The translations under genes and the position numbers were made by a program. From the NCBI GenBank assembly GCA_019116865.1, contig DXAW01000093.1, positions 14,640 to 78,639 of the forward strand: a stretch of DNA of 64,000 nucleotides. Reading direction: 5' to 3'. Below the pieces are notes generated by a model. The model saw only the letters and a program-made list of their open reading frames with translations. It had not been told where the DNA came from and ran no database searches. The stretch is from Candidatus Coprenecus stercoravium. Its GTDB lineage: Bacteria > Bacteroidota > Bacteroidia > Bacteroidales > UBA932. Of the stretch, positions 37,517-47,615 are shown one piece after another (the first letter of the stretch is position 1; each line of letters starts with the position of its first letter).

Positions 37517-40500
37517 TTATCTGAATAAAAATTCTATAACCTCGCACATCAGGTCGTCCGCCTGTTGTTGCGAGGTTAGTGCTTCTATGGGGAAGCCGAT
37601 GCTGACGCAGCGGAACCCGTCGCCCTCGAATGCTGTGGCTGCGGATGTGTTGCTGCCCGTGTATCTCAGGAATGTACATGATGCGGGACCGGAAGGAAGG
37701 ATGGCGTCAGGGGACTGTACATAGAAGCGGTCGGGATTGGGTCCGGTCGGGAAGCTCAGATGCGCTGTCGTATCCGGGAAAATGCCGGCATGGTTCCGCA
37801 CTGATATTATTCCTCCGAGAGAGGAGGCGTTTCCGTTGCTCCAGATGTAGCCGAGTGTGTCGGCTGCGAATCTGTATGAAGTGTATGAAGGATCATTTTT
37901 CCGGCTGTATGATGACAGTGCCTTGTAGAGTAGGGATATGTCCGTGGCGGACAGGCGGCTGAGTCTGCAAGCCGTGCTGTCGATGATGCCGGTCAGGCTT
38001 GTGTCCGCTCTTTCAATGCTGTCTTTTAGCCCGTAAAGAGTCGTGGCCGCCATTTCCATAGTTTGCTGAATATTTCCGGCATATTGGCTCAGAGGATATT
38101 CTTTGTTGAAATCATAATTGACGGATTTTCCTATGCCTGAGCCGGATATAAGCAGGTTGCCGCCATTGCGCAGGTAAGTTCCGATAACTGACATCAGCGT
38201 GTCATTCAGGGACAGTGCGGAGTTGCCTGTCATCAAGTCCAGCATCTCATATGCGGAAATGTCAGTCTGTGCATTTGTAAGACTCTCCAGGGATATGGAA
38301 CAGAAGCTCAGTCCGTTTCTCATAAGAGCCTTACCGTGTATGAGCGGATAGTCAAAGTTGTTGCCGGCTACGGGCGCAGGGCCGTAATCCATATAGGAGG
38401 CTCCATAGCCGGGCCTGTCATCGTGAATCCAGTTTTCCGAGCGGTCAAATCCGTATTGTGCTCCGATGTATGCTATGTCGCTCAGATATGGAAGGGCGGC
38501 AGAGACGTCCGTGAACCCGTTTACCACAAGCGCTGTCTTTGCATCCGGGAGATATCCTGCGGAAAGTATTTCCGAGGGGAATGATATTCCGCCCTTATTG
38601 ACGGCGACTATCTTATAGCTGTAGATTCTGCCAGGTGCTACTGTGTCCGTGTATTCAGAGGATGATACTGGAGTCCCATTGTCGAAGCCTGGTGTCTCTG
38701 AATCAGATATATCTGTGACTCTGCGATATACTATGTATGAATCAGGCTCTGCGGACGGATCGTCCGTGTCTTGGCGCGGACTCCATGTCAGATGTACAGC
38801 AGCACGGTCTGGGAGTTTGTCCGTAATTGCTGCATTGAGATTTCTTACGGGCAATGGCTGTACCGTATATGGCTTTCCTCCTGAGATATAGGACATGTAT
38901 CTCAGGATACCTTTATATATAGCGCGCGACACGATGAACTTGAACTCCGGATCCAGGGCGCACTGCATATCCTGATAATTCTGGTGTGAGAGCAGTTCTA
39001 TCAGCACAGTGGGAATGTCCGGGACTCTGGCCTCCACGTAGGAGCGGTCCCATAAGCCTCTTCTGGTCCAGTCGCTGCGATAGTGTTTCCTTATATCGTC
39101 CACGATAGAAGTCTGTACGATGTCCGCCAGCTCACGGGCGGTGATTCGGGGACTGCCGTCTGTATAGAGCCGGCTTCCTTCCGATTCCTCCTTGTATATT
39201 GCCAGAGTTCCTATAATTGAGTCCTTTATCGTGCTTCCTGCATCGGTGTGGATGGCTACAGCTGCGTCTATCGGTATATTCAAGCTGTCTTTCATGTAGT
39301 TGACCCATGCCCCACGGGACATATAGTCATCTTTGTAGTCGTCAGTTCCGGTATTGGGACTGTATATGCTTTCAGGGAATCCGCTCCATTGCAGCCAATA
39401 TCTTGCGGCCTCCGCATATTTTGGAACTCCGCTTGTCCTGGAGCCGCGTATAATATTGCCGTATCCTCCTCCGAAACGCACAGCGTCCGTGGTAATGATT
39501 CCTTTTCCTTTGTTGCTGACACTCACCCCCTGGCGGTTATCGCCCTTGGTGAAATGGAATGTCCCCAGATATACCCACATGCCTCCTCCCATGCTTTGAT
39601 CCACGGTGAAGTGTTTCTCTCCTCCGGAATGAATCACTGTGTATATTGCATCCGAGCTTCCCGGCAGGGATTGGTATGATATGTAGACTGCATAGTTGCC
39701 GGATTCAGGGAAGTCAGGGGTATATGAAGCTGATACATGCGATTTTGATGAGCATTCAGCCATTCTGGCCGTGCCGGAAGCGAATGGATTCTCCCCCGGG
39801 AGATAAAAGTCTGCTGTGTCTGAGAATCCGGGTCTGGGAGAATCCTTCCAGGCTGAACCAGTTGTTTCCGGGCTATCGGTCTCGGAGTAGTACGGACTGC
39901 CGTTGTCAACGACAATTTCACATGTCTGAATGTCCCTTTCTCGGGGCATTACGATATGTGCTCCGGCATTTTCCAGCATCGGTGCCAGAAAACCGGTGAC
40001 GATGCTCTGCGTGAGCAGGTCTTCCACCGTCGTGAAAAAAGGAGCCCTCTGCCATTTCCATCGGTCCTCGTTGTTTGAATAGTAGTATCCGTGACTGGCC
40101 CACAGGGCTATATTGCGTCCGTTGAGTCCTTCTGTTATGGATGGAAGAGGGGAGGATATCCATCGGCGGCCCGGCTTGAGTTTGTGTCCGCGGTATTCAT
40201 TTCCGGACATATATCCTGAAATGTACCGTCCGATATCCTCACCGTCAACGGTTAGTGAGATTCTGTGATTGCGGTATTCTTCAGGAAGCCGGGTGCGTAA
40301 TATGTCCTCCATTGCGGATATGTCCTCGGCCCTGAGCGGATAGTCCTTAACGGTATTGGTCAGGCATATCTCCAGGCAGCGTCCCTTAATATAAAAGGTG
40401 TCGACTTCCACTGTCGACGTGATAGATGCTTTCTTTGAGAGATATGCGTTGACAGAATCGGCGTGCAGGCGCAGTGCTGCTGTCTCTGATTCGGCCCAGG

Positions 40501-40552
40501 ATATGCCGCATGCAGCTGCGGCGAATATGGCTGAAAGTAAATATCTCACCAC
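37517..40552 (-). CDS. Large exported protein with N-acetylmuramoyl-L-alanine amidase (Amidase_3)-like core and an FN3-like domain
   Basis: ALWASHGYYY, AVAIHTDAGS and VLIELLSHQNYQDM look like H/E/H zinc-site blocks. The GTG start inside GTGGTGA overlaps the upstream stop, giving the signal peptide VRYLLSAIFAAAACGISWA. Confidence 0.6.
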   Translation of the reverse strand: MVRYLLSAIFAAAACGISWAESETAALRLHADSVNAYLSKKASITSTVEVDTFYIKGRCLEICLTNTVKDYPLRAEDISAMEDILRTRLPEEYRNHRISLTVDGEDIGRYISGYMSGNEYRGHKLKPGRRWISSPLPSITEGLNGRNIALWASHGYYYSNNEDRWKWQRAPFFTTVEDLLTQSIVTGFLAPMLENAGAHIVMPRERDIQTCEIVVDNGSPYYSETDSPETTGSAWKDSPRPGFSDTADFYLPGENPFASGTARMAECSSKSHVSASYTPDFPESGNYAVYISYQSLPGSSDAIYTVIHSGGEKHFTVDQSMGGGMWVYLGTFHFTKGDNRQGVSVSNKGKGIITTDAVRFGGGYGNIIRGSRTSGVPKYAEAARYWLQWSGFPESIYSPNTGTDDYKDDYMSRGAWVNYMKDSLNIPIDAAVAIHTDAGSTIKDSIIGTLAIYKEESEGSRLYTDGSPRITARELADIVQTSIVDDIRKHYRSDWTRRGLWDRSYVEARVPDIPTVLIELLSHQNYQDMQCALDPEFKFIVSRAIYKGILRYMSYISGGKPYTVQPLPVRNLNAAITDKLPDRAAVHLTWSPRQDTDDPSAEPDSYIVYRRVTDISDSETPGFDNGTPVSSSEYTDTVAPGRIYSYKIVAVNKGGISFPSEILSAGYLPDAKTALVVNGFTDVSAALPYLSDIAYIGAQYGFDRSENWIHDDRPGYGASYMDYGPAPVAGNNFDYPLIHGKALMRNGLSFCSISLESLTNAQTDISAYEMLDLMTGNSALSLNDTLMSVIGTYLRNGGNLLISGSGIGKSVNYDFNKEYPLSQYAGNIQQTMEMAATTLYGLKDSIERADTSLTGIIDSTACRLSRLSATDISLLYKALSSYSRKNDPSYTSYRFAADTLGYIWSNGNASSLGGIISVRNHAGIFPDTTAHLSFPTGPNPDRFYVQSPDAILPSGPASCTFLRYTGSNTSAATAFEGDGFRCVSIGFPIEALTSQQQADDLMCEVIEFLFR

Positions 40553-41181
40553 TTGTAAACGATATTGACGGCGGCCTTGTAAGGAAGCCATTCAGTGGAA
40601 CCGTTCCATCCTACGTACATTGAGCCGTCGGATTTGTAATGGCCCTCATAGAAGCCGACCTGGACACCGCCTCCCAGTGAGAGCTCGATACCCCAGTGCT
40701 TGGTCAGGGTGAACGCATATCCGATGGTAAGTCCGGCCATGAAATTGGTGCCTACCTGATAATCAGAGGCATAGGCTCCCCAGTACTGCGGATGTATGCC
40801 CTTGCTCAGGTCCCAGACGGAGAATCCTATGTTGGGGCCTACGAAGAAACCTCTGAAAGACTGTATGGGATAGTATCTTCCTTCAAGAAAAGTCATTGCC
40901 ACTACCACAGGTCCGTCGATGAGTTTCCCGACGCCCTTCGGGTAGAATACCCCGAGTCCCTCAAGAGAAACGGAGATGTTCTCATGAACTCTGAATTCGA
41001 CAGCCGGATTGACGACGCCGAGTGCCACTGCGGCGTTGAGTTTTACTGCTGTCCTTACTGGTTCGCCTCCATACAGCCGCTCTATGCGCGCCGCGCATAT
41101 GGAATCCTTGTCGGTAGCGTGTAGTATCCCGGCGTTTACGATGATGAAAAATAAAATAAGAGCAGTGATGCCTTTTTTCAT
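40546..41181 (-). CDS. Small outer-membrane beta-barrel protein (DUF3575-like)
   Basis: The signal peptide is MKKGITALILFFIIVNAGILHA. Beta-strands alternate and the C-terminus is ..NIVYKW. ATGA overlaps the VanZ gene stop. Confidence 0.6.
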   Translation of the reverse strand: MKKGITALILFFIIVNAGILHATDKDSICAARIERLYGGEPVRTAVKLNAAVALGVVNPAVEFRVHENISVSLEGLGVFYPKGVGKLIDGPVVVAMTFLEGRYYPIQSFRGFFVGPNIGFSVWDLSKGIHPQYWGAYASDYQVGTNFMAGLTIGYAFTLTKHWGIELSLGGGVQVGFYEGHYKSDGSMYVGWNGSTEWLPYKAAVNIVYKW

Positions 41182-41612
41182 TTGCTGTGCTTGATTATAA
41201 GTCTGTCAAAATAATTTACTGCCGGAGTGCCGGCCAGAGAGACTATTACCGTGCCGATAACAATGGCAACGGAGTCCGCCAGGAAATCATAGACGTCCCC
41301 CTGTCTGGATTTGAAGAACTGATCCTGGCATACTTCTGTCAAGCAGGCGAATGCGATGCCGGACAGAAGAGTTATGACTATGGCGTGTCTCTTTATGAAT
41401 CTATTGTTGGATGAGTATCTGCAAGTCAGCCATGTGATGAACGGGTAGGGGAAGAACATGATGAAATGGGCGTATCTGTCCAGCCGTATGCCCAGAAAAA
41501 AGTTGCTGAGATCCAGACCTGTGGATGAGAACTTGTAAAAGCAGAAAAAAAGAACCATCCCCAGATATACCGTATATAATGTATTTATTAGTATCTTCGC
41601 AGCTTTAAACAT
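41178..41612 (-). CDS. VanZ-family membrane protein
   Basis: Four TM segments are present, with the VanZ-like motifs DRYAHFIMFFPYPF and EVCQDQF..R.GDVYDFLADSVAIVIG. Confidence 0.7.
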   Translation of the reverse strand: MFKAAKILINTLYTVYLGMVLFFCFYKFSSTGLDLSNFFLGIRLDRYAHFIMFFPYPFITWLTCRYSSNNRFIKRHAIVITLLSGIAFACLTEVCQDQFFKSRQGDVYDFLADSVAIVIGTVIVSLAGTPAVNYFDRLIIKHSK

Positions 41613-41669
41613 AGTAGCGCAAAAATAGAAAAAATGTCTATTTTTGCAAAATACACATTGGAACTAGGT

Positions 41670-44063
41670 ATGAAGAAAGTTTTTATGAGAAGAGCAGCCG
41701 TTCTTGTAGTGACCGCTATCGCCGGGATATATAGTGCGGGAGCTCAGTCAATCCAGGATCTCGGAATGCTGAAATCCCTGGCGCAGTCCTATGGATACAG
41801 TGATTATGAGATACAGCAGTTAATTCAGGGGCAGGGGTCCGGTCTGTCGTCAATGCTTGGTGGTCAGAGCACCGTGCAGAGTGTGACTTCGGACAGGAAT
41901 CTGATGTCCAGTTCACTGGCTCTTCAAAACTCAAGTGCTCAGCAGACCGTGAGTCAGACTGCGTTGGCGCAGTTGATGGACTCGACTCTGGCCGCTGCCG
42001 ACACTCTTTCCGAGAGGATATTCGGACACAGGCTTTTCAAATCGCCCAGTCTCAATTTCATACCTAATTATAATATTCCTACTCCGGCAAGCTACAAGCT
42101 CGCTCCCGGAGATGAGATCGTAGTGGATATATGGGGCGCAACTTCCATGAATTACCGTCTGGGCATCAATCCTGACGGAACTGTTCAGATAGACGGTGTC
42201 GGTCCTGTATACCTGACAGGATACACTCTGAAAGAGGCCGAGGCTGCGGTCAGGAAAAAGCTTGAGACACTTTATTCCGGTCTTGGCGGAGACAATCCGG
42301 ACTCATACATGAAGCTCTCCCTTGGACTGATACGCTCCCTGTCCGTTAATGTCGTTGGAGATGCGGTCACTCCCGGTACATATACTCTTCCGTCTCTGGC
42401 GACGGCATTTACGGCGCTGTATCTGGCCGGAGGACCTACCGAACTCGGGTCGCTCAGGGATGTGCGCCTTTACAGAAACGGGGACCTGGTGGAGGCCATT
42501 GACTTCTATGATTTCATAATCAACGGAGTGTTCAATGATAATTTGAAGCTTCAGGACAACGACCTGATTATCGTGTCTCCTTATGGTGCGATGGTAGAGG
42601 TAAAGGGTTGTGTTAAGCGTCCTATGCTTTACGAGGTAAAGGCAGGGGAAAGTATTGCTGACCTTATGGAATTCTGCGCAGGTTATACGAGCGAGGCTGA
42701 CAGAACGCTTATTCATGTGGAGAGAAGGGCCGGTGAGAGGACCAAGTCCTTCGATATCACGGCTTCTGATTTCAGCTCGTTCATCCTTATGGACGGAGAT
42801 GTCGTAACTGTGCCTGAGAATATATCAAGGCCTTTGAACTCTGTATATCTTGACGGCGCCGTATGGCATCCGGGATATTATTCCATATCTGATGAAGTGA
42901 AGACTCTGCGCGCCCTCATAGATTTCGCAGGCGGCCTGAAGGACGAAGCATATATGGAGCGCGGTTTCATCGAGCGCATAGACAGTGACAGGGACACTCT
43001 GTCCATCAATTTCAATCTGGCAGATGTGATGGAGGGCATCCAGGACATACCTCTTGTAAACGAGGACAGGGTGAGGATATTCGCAAAGGATGAATTCAAT
43101 GTGTGGTATCCTGTCTATACGCAGGGTGAGTTCAACCGTCCAGGAACTCTCGACTACAGGGAGGGAATGACTCTGGGAGACGCAGTGATGCTCTCGGGGG
43201 GATTCGCAATCGGAGCGTCCAGGACCAATGTAGACGTGGCGCGCAGGAATTTCTGTCATGGAAAATATAAAGGTGATACTGTGTCTATAGTGTATACATT
43301 CGACCTTAATGAGAATCCTGATGCCATGGATTTCAAATTGAGACCGTACGATATGATATCTGTCAGGACCGCACCTAATTACAGAGCACAGCAGGTGGTG
43401 AATATTACGGGAGAGGTGAACTTCCCCGGATATTATGTGGTGGAGAAGAGTACTGTACGTCTCAGTGATATCGTCAGCCGTGCAGGAGGCCATAGTAATG
43501 ATGCGTATCTGGAGGGAGCTACTCTGTACAGGGAGATGACCGAGCAGGAATACCAGCGGGCACTGCTGGCCCGTGTGCTTGCGGCCGAGGAGGCCGGAGT
43601 GGATACTGCGGACATAGAGATGCCGAGGCGTAATCAGCGGTACAGTGTGGCCATAGATATGGAGAAGGCTCTTAAGAACCCAGGATCGCCATATGATATC
43701 GTTCTCTCGGGAAATGACAGTATTGCCATACCGAAATACAACTCCACAGTCCGTATATCAGGAGCCGTGCTTATGCCCAATGTGGTGACATTCGATCCGT
43801 CATATAGTGTAAGGCAGTATATCAAGCTTGCAGGAGGATATACCAGAGGGGCGATAAAGAGTCAGAAGTACATAGTGTTCATGAACGGATCGGCAGCAGC
43901 TAAGGGCAGCCGTAATTTCAAACCCAGGCCTGGATGTGAGATTATCGTGCCTCAGAGAGAGGTGCAGCGGAGAAGAATCTCGGCAGCCGAGGTACTGTCT
44001 ATCGCATCGTCCACCACATCCGTGGCGGCAATGGTCGTGACAATGGTCAATCAGCTGAGATAG
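41670..44063 (+). CDS. Polysaccharide export outer-membrane protein (Wza/BexD-like, multiple SLBB domains)
   Basis: The ATG at 41670 gives a signal peptide. The Poly_export motif YKLAPGDEIVVDIWG and repeated SLBB-like segments follow. Confidence 0.75.
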   Translation: MKKVFMRRAAVLVVTAIAGIYSAGAQSIQDLGMLKSLAQSYGYSDYEIQQLIQGQGSGLSSMLGGQSTVQSVTSDRNLMSSSLALQNSSAQQTVSQTALAQLMDSTLAAADTLSERIFGHRLFKSPSLNFIPNYNIPTPASYKLAPGDEIVVDIWGATSMNYRLGINPDGTVQIDGVGPVYLTGYTLKEAEAAVRKKLETLYSGLGGDNPDSYMKLSLGLIRSLSVNVVGDAVTPGTYTLPSLATAFTALYLAGGPTELGSLRDVRLYRNGDLVEAIDFYDFIINGVFNDNLKLQDNDLIIVSPYGAMVEVKGCVKRPMLYEVKAGESIADLMEFCAGYTSEADRTLIHVERRAGERTKSFDITASDFSSFILMDGDVVTVPENISRPLNSVYLDGAVWHPGYYSISDEVKTLRALIDFAGGLKDEAYMERGFIERIDSDRDTLSINFNLADVMEGIQDIPLVNEDRVRIFAKDEFNVWYPVYTQGEFNRPGTLDYREGMTLGDAVMLSGGFAIGASRTNVDVARRNFCHGKYKGDTVSIVYTFDLNENPDAMDFKLRPYDMISVRTAPNYRAQQVVNITGEVNFPGYYVVEKSTVRLSDIVSRAGGHSNDAYLEGATLYREMTEQEYQRALLARVLAAEEAGVDTADIEMPRRNQRYSVAIDMEKALKNPGSPYDIVLSGNDSIAIPKYNSTVRISGAVLMPNVVTFDPSYSVRQYIKLAGGYTRGAIKSQKYIVFMNGSAAAKGSRNFKPRPGCEIIVPQREVQRRRISAAEVLSIASSTTSVAAMVVTMVNQLR

Positions 44064-44874
44064 AGGAGAGCGACAGGTCGGCCCGGATTTTGTCGATGAT
44101 GGCAGTGACTACCTGATAGATTTTCTTTCCTTCGGAGTAGTCGGCGGGGCAGGCGAAATGTACTCTTTGTTCATAGAGAAGTCTTTCCGACTTCTCTTTT
44201 TCTTTTCCGTCCGGATTGTAAACGGCGATGGAATGTCCGCCGAATTGTTTGACCAGCCTCATGCAAGGTATGTCCGTTGCTCCGTCTCCGAAGTATATCA
44301 TTCGGGAGAAAGGTACAGGACGGTCTTTCTCAGGCAGGTATCTGTTGACCAGCGTGTGATCCCGGATGCTCATGACTCCCTTGTTGATCTTGAACAGAAA
44401 CTGTGTCTTCGCAGTGTAGTCTACGGCTACGCCGGGCCATACGGCCTCTCCGTTTTCGTATAGGAAAGAGCAGGCATAGACCTTCTTGAACTCATTGTAG
44501 ATTTCCGTACCCTCTATCATCTCCGTAAGTCCTGATGAGTTGATGTAGTGCTCTACCTGAAGCCCTCTGCTATCTCCGTAAGCGTTGATTTTCCCGAACC
44601 ATTCCTTCACGCCCGGGTACAGTCTGACCATTGAGCCGAATTTGCGGAAATTTTCCTTAGTCAGATGGACTCCCGCCTTGCGCGCCTCGTCCACCATCGT
44701 CTTCATGTAGCATAGAATCTCGCTGGCGTCATTTTCCGAAGACATTCTGTTGCTTTTATTCCAGAAAATGCCCGGGTCCTTGTCGAATGTCTGCAATAAT
44801 CCGAATTCCTGCATGTTGGCCGGTGATAGTGTTCCGTCGAAATCGTAAATCAACGCTACTGTGGGTCTGTCCAT
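44047..44874 (-). CDS. HAD-superfamily hydrolase
   Basis: The ATG at 44874 gives MDRPTVALIYDFDGTLS (DxDxT motif). FGDGATDIPCM follows later. Confidence 0.7.
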   Translation of the reverse strand: MDRPTVALIYDFDGTLSPANMQEFGLLQTFDKDPGIFWNKSNRMSSENDASEILCYMKTMVDEARKAGVHLTKENFRKFGSMVRLYPGVKEWFGKINAYGDSRGLQVEHYINSSGLTEMIEGTEIYNEFKKVYACSFLYENGEAVWPGVAVDYTAKTQFLFKINKGVMSIRDHTLVNRYLPEKDRPVPFSRMIYFGDGATDIPCMRLVKQFGGHSIAVYNPDGKEKEKSERLLYEQRVHFACPADYSEGKKIYQVVTAIIDKIRADLSLSSISAD

Positions 44875-44949
44875 AATATTCTTAATTTGCAGCCAAATTA
44901 GCAATTTTTTTCATTTTTTCAGTATGTTTGTAGGATATAATTGAGCCAT

Positions 44950-45645
44950 ATGAGATACCTTTTAATACCAATTCTTCTTGTCAGCGCAGCTTGCGGCCTA
45001 AGTGCCCGGCCATGGTTCTGTACAGACGGGAATACCGAGCTGGTTTATACCAGGTATTATGCCGGGGACGGTTCCGTCAAATGGACTCATACTATGAATA
45101 TAATGGACGTTTCGGAGTCTCGGTCAGACTCCTCTCTTATCGTGACTTACTCGTCTTTTATCCGGACATCCGACGGAAAAGGACTTGAGAATATGGACTC
45201 CCCGGCCGTGATGACGGCCTATGTCAGTCCGGAAGGGGATGTGACTCTAGACATTGCCGCCAGTATGGTCTCGGTGCTCAGAGGAGTGCTTTGGAAAAAT
45301 GCCAGGATTACCGCTGAGGGAGGGCATACTCTGCTGCCGGCGGAGTTGACGGTGGGAGATACTCTTCAGAGTGCTGCGGGTAAAGTGAGAGCCCTGGGTA
45401 TGACCTTGAATGTTACGGTTACCGATCGAAAGGTGCTTGGCACCGACACAATCTGCACTCCGGCCGGCACATTTCCGTGCGTCATAGTCTCGGAGCATAA
45501 GGTGGAGAAAGGCATGATGCGCAACAGGGTCACCACCGCACATACATGGTACGCCAGGGGCATAGGTATGATTAGGCACGATACATACGATAAGAACATG
45601 AAATTGGAGACTTCTGAGATACTTGAGAAGATCATAAGGAAATAA
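44950..45645 (+). CDS. Lipoprotein of unknown function (DUF3108-like beta-rich)
   Basis: The ATG at 44950 gives MRYLLIPILLVSAAC-G, a lipobox. No catalytic motif is seen. Confidence 0.55.
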   Translation: MRYLLIPILLVSAACGLSARPWFCTDGNTELVYTRYYAGDGSVKWTHTMNIMDVSESRSDSSLIVTYSSFIRTSDGKGLENMDSPAVMTAYVSPEGDVTLDIAASMVSVLRGVLWKNARITAEGGHTLLPAELTVGDTLQSAAGKVRALGMTLNVTVTDRKVLGTDTICTPAGTFPCVIVSEHKVEKGMMRNRVTTAHTWYARGIGMIRHDTYDKNMKLETSEILEKIIRK

Positions 45646-45705
45646 TCGCAGTCGGATGCAACAGAACGAGTCAGTGCTGCGTTATATAAGTGAGCGAAGA
45701 TAGAA

Positions 45706-46221
45706 ATGATACCAAAAGAGATTACGGCATTTTACAACAGGTACAAGCAGAGATTGTACAATATAGCCCTGCGGATTACAGGTGATAGTTTCGATGCTGA
45801 GGAGATAGTTCAGGATACAGTTATTAAGTATTTGAGAACTAATCCGGTGAAATTGTCCGAGGAACAGACAGGGGCATGGTTGTCCAAAGCCTGCGTAAGA
45901 GCTTCTATCGACATGATGCGTCTGCGCAGAGGATTGAAGTTGAAATTGGAGAAATTTATTGAGGAAGATTCGGAGGAGGACTGTTCCATGCAATGGGATT
46001 CGTTCCTGCAGGACAGGGAGCCGGACGGGACAGTGGCGTTGATCAGACAGAAGCTGTCGCAGATGCCTGACGGCTATCGCACTGTTCTATCGCTCATATT
46101 GTTCGAAGGGTACGATTATGCTGAAGTGTCGCAGATATTGGGAGTAGAGGAAAGTACCGTACGTTCGCAGTATTTAAGAGGAAAGCGAAAACTGCTGTCA
46201 ATGATAGAAAATAAAAATTAA
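45706..46221 (+). CDS. ECF-type RNA polymerase sigma-70 factor
   Basis: The region-2 pattern YNIALRITGDSFDAEEIVQDT and the region-4 HTH YAEVSQILGVEESTVRSQYLRGKRKL are present. Confidence 0.85.
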   Translation: MIPKEITAFYNRYKQRLYNIALRITGDSFDAEEIVQDTVIKYLRTNPVKLSEEQTGAWLSKACVRASIDMMRLRRGLKLKLEKFIEEDSEEDCSMQWDSFLQDREPDGTVALIRQKLSQMPDGYRTVLSLILFEGYDYAEVSQILGVEESTVRSQYLRGKRKLLSMIENKN

Positions 46222-46222
46222 A

Positions 46223-47614
46223 ATGGATAATTTAGAGCAATACTTTAGAACGCATGGTGAATCCATCGGTAAATCAGATGATAATATGCCTGATGGAGAT
46301 GAAGCCCGTTTTGAGAGCCGCTGGGAGTCCCGCAGCCGGGACAGAATCCGCTTCCGTTCAGGACTGAAGCGGCGCAGGAGGCCTCTCTGGAAGGTAATAG
46401 CTTTTCCGGCCGTGGCATGCGTCGCTTTGATATTCGGTGTCCGCATGCTTCTTAATCCGTTTATTGCGGATGTGACGGAAGAAAATATGACTCGTGATGA
46501 AGTCTCTGCTATAGAAGTAGATACATTGGCACCCGGATATATTTACCGTCAATACTACAATACAGTTGCTGATATTATAGTGCAGGTGGCTGTGCTGACA
46601 GCCTACATGCCCGAGAGTTATGCTGAGGAGGCCATGAGCGCTGTATACGATATAATATATGAGGAAATTCCATTGATAGATCAGATAGACTGCGTTAATG
46701 AACAGAGGTATAGAGAGATATTGCAGGAATATTCTGCGCGGCAGATTGCTGCGCTTGACCATCTGGTCAGTAGTCTGGAAAAAGTCGGGGGAAATATGCC
46801 TTTGTGTGCGCAGGCAAGGTCCTATGACAGGATCACAAAGGAGGTAGAAGTACGTAATTTCAACGGTATAAGGGCCTCCAGCGGTTTTGATATAGAGGTG
46901 GAGAAGTCGGACGGCTATGGTTTGGAGCTTACAATTCCCTCTGAACTTGAGAAATACGTGACAGCAAGTGTGAAATCGGGAGAACTTGTCCTTTCATTTG
47001 ACATGTACAAGGCTCCCAAGGAAGTACGGCGCAGGTTCAGTCGCGGTGACTGGCCCCTCCGTGCTAAGGTGAGCTGTCCTGAAATAGAGAGCATACATCT
47101 TTCTGGGGCGGCTGATATGATTTTCCTAGATAAATTCGAGTCCGCATCGCTCAGCATAAGCGCATCAGGCGCCTCCAGTCTCAAGAAGGCTTCTTTCGGC
47201 TCTATAGGAGATTTGACGATGAAGGTCTCCGGAGCATCCCATGTAGAGATGGATTTTTCCGATGAGATAGGTAGTTCCGATATTCAATGCAGCGGGGCTT
47301 CGAATGTATATATGGTGGGAGGCCGCTATGCTGATTGTGTCGTGAGTAATTCAGGAGCATCGGATGTGTATCTGGAGGATGTTGACATGAACAGTCTCAA
47401 GGTAGTGCTTTCCGGTGCCTCGGATTTTTATGCAGACGGAACGGCGGATTATCTGGATGTCGATGCAAGCGGTGCGTCAAGTTGCAACACGGCTTCCCTT
47501 AAAGCGGACAGGGCCAGGGTGGAGGCCAGCGGCGCTTCGGATGTTATTGTCAATGCAGCGGATGTGGAACCGGTGAATATATCCTCGGCCTCTTCTCTAA
47601 GCAACCGTAGATAG
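46223..47614 (+). CDS. Putative anti-sigma factor with one TM segment and a C-terminal DUF2807/GIN-type beta-helix
   Basis: The gene starts 1 nt after the sigma gene stop. The TM segment is VIAFPAVACVALIFGV. The C-terminal half carries repeated SGAS(D/N/H)V units. Confidence 0.6.
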   Translation: MDNLEQYFRTHGESIGKSDDNMPDGDEARFESRWESRSRDRIRFRSGLKRRRRPLWKVIAFPAVACVALIFGVRMLLNPFIADVTEENMTRDEVSAIEVDTLAPGYIYRQYYNTVADIIVQVAVLTAYMPESYAEEAMSAVYDIIYEEIPLIDQIDCVNEQRYREILQEYSARQIAALDHLVSSLEKVGGNMPLCAQARSYDRITKEVEVRNFNGIRASSGFDIEVEKSDGYGLELTIPSELEKYVTASVKSGELVLSFDMYKAPKEVRRRFSRGDWPLRAKVSCPEIESIHLSGAADMIFLDKFESASLSISASGASSLKKASFGSIGDLTMKVSGASHVEMDFSDEIGSSDIQCSGASNVYMVGGRYADCVVSNSGASDVYLEDVDMNSLKVVLSGASDFYADGTADYLDVDASGASSCNTASLKADRARVEASGASDVIVNAADVEPVNISSASSLSNRR

Positions 47615-47615
47615 T

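Noticed and set aside
40553-40591. The ATG at 40591 as the start of the amidase-like protein.
   Set aside because: It would overlap the upstream barrel gene by 46 nt and add a non-signal-like prefix (MASLQGRRQYRLQ). The GTG within GTGGTGA gives a normal signal peptide and stop-start coupling.
46900-47614. The repeated SGAS(D/N/H)V units in the anti-sigma gene as a DNA tandem repeat.
   Set aside because: The repeats are degenerate at the nucleotide level with variable spacing. They reflect a protein beta-helix (GIN/DUF2807-like) periodicity, not a DNA repeat.
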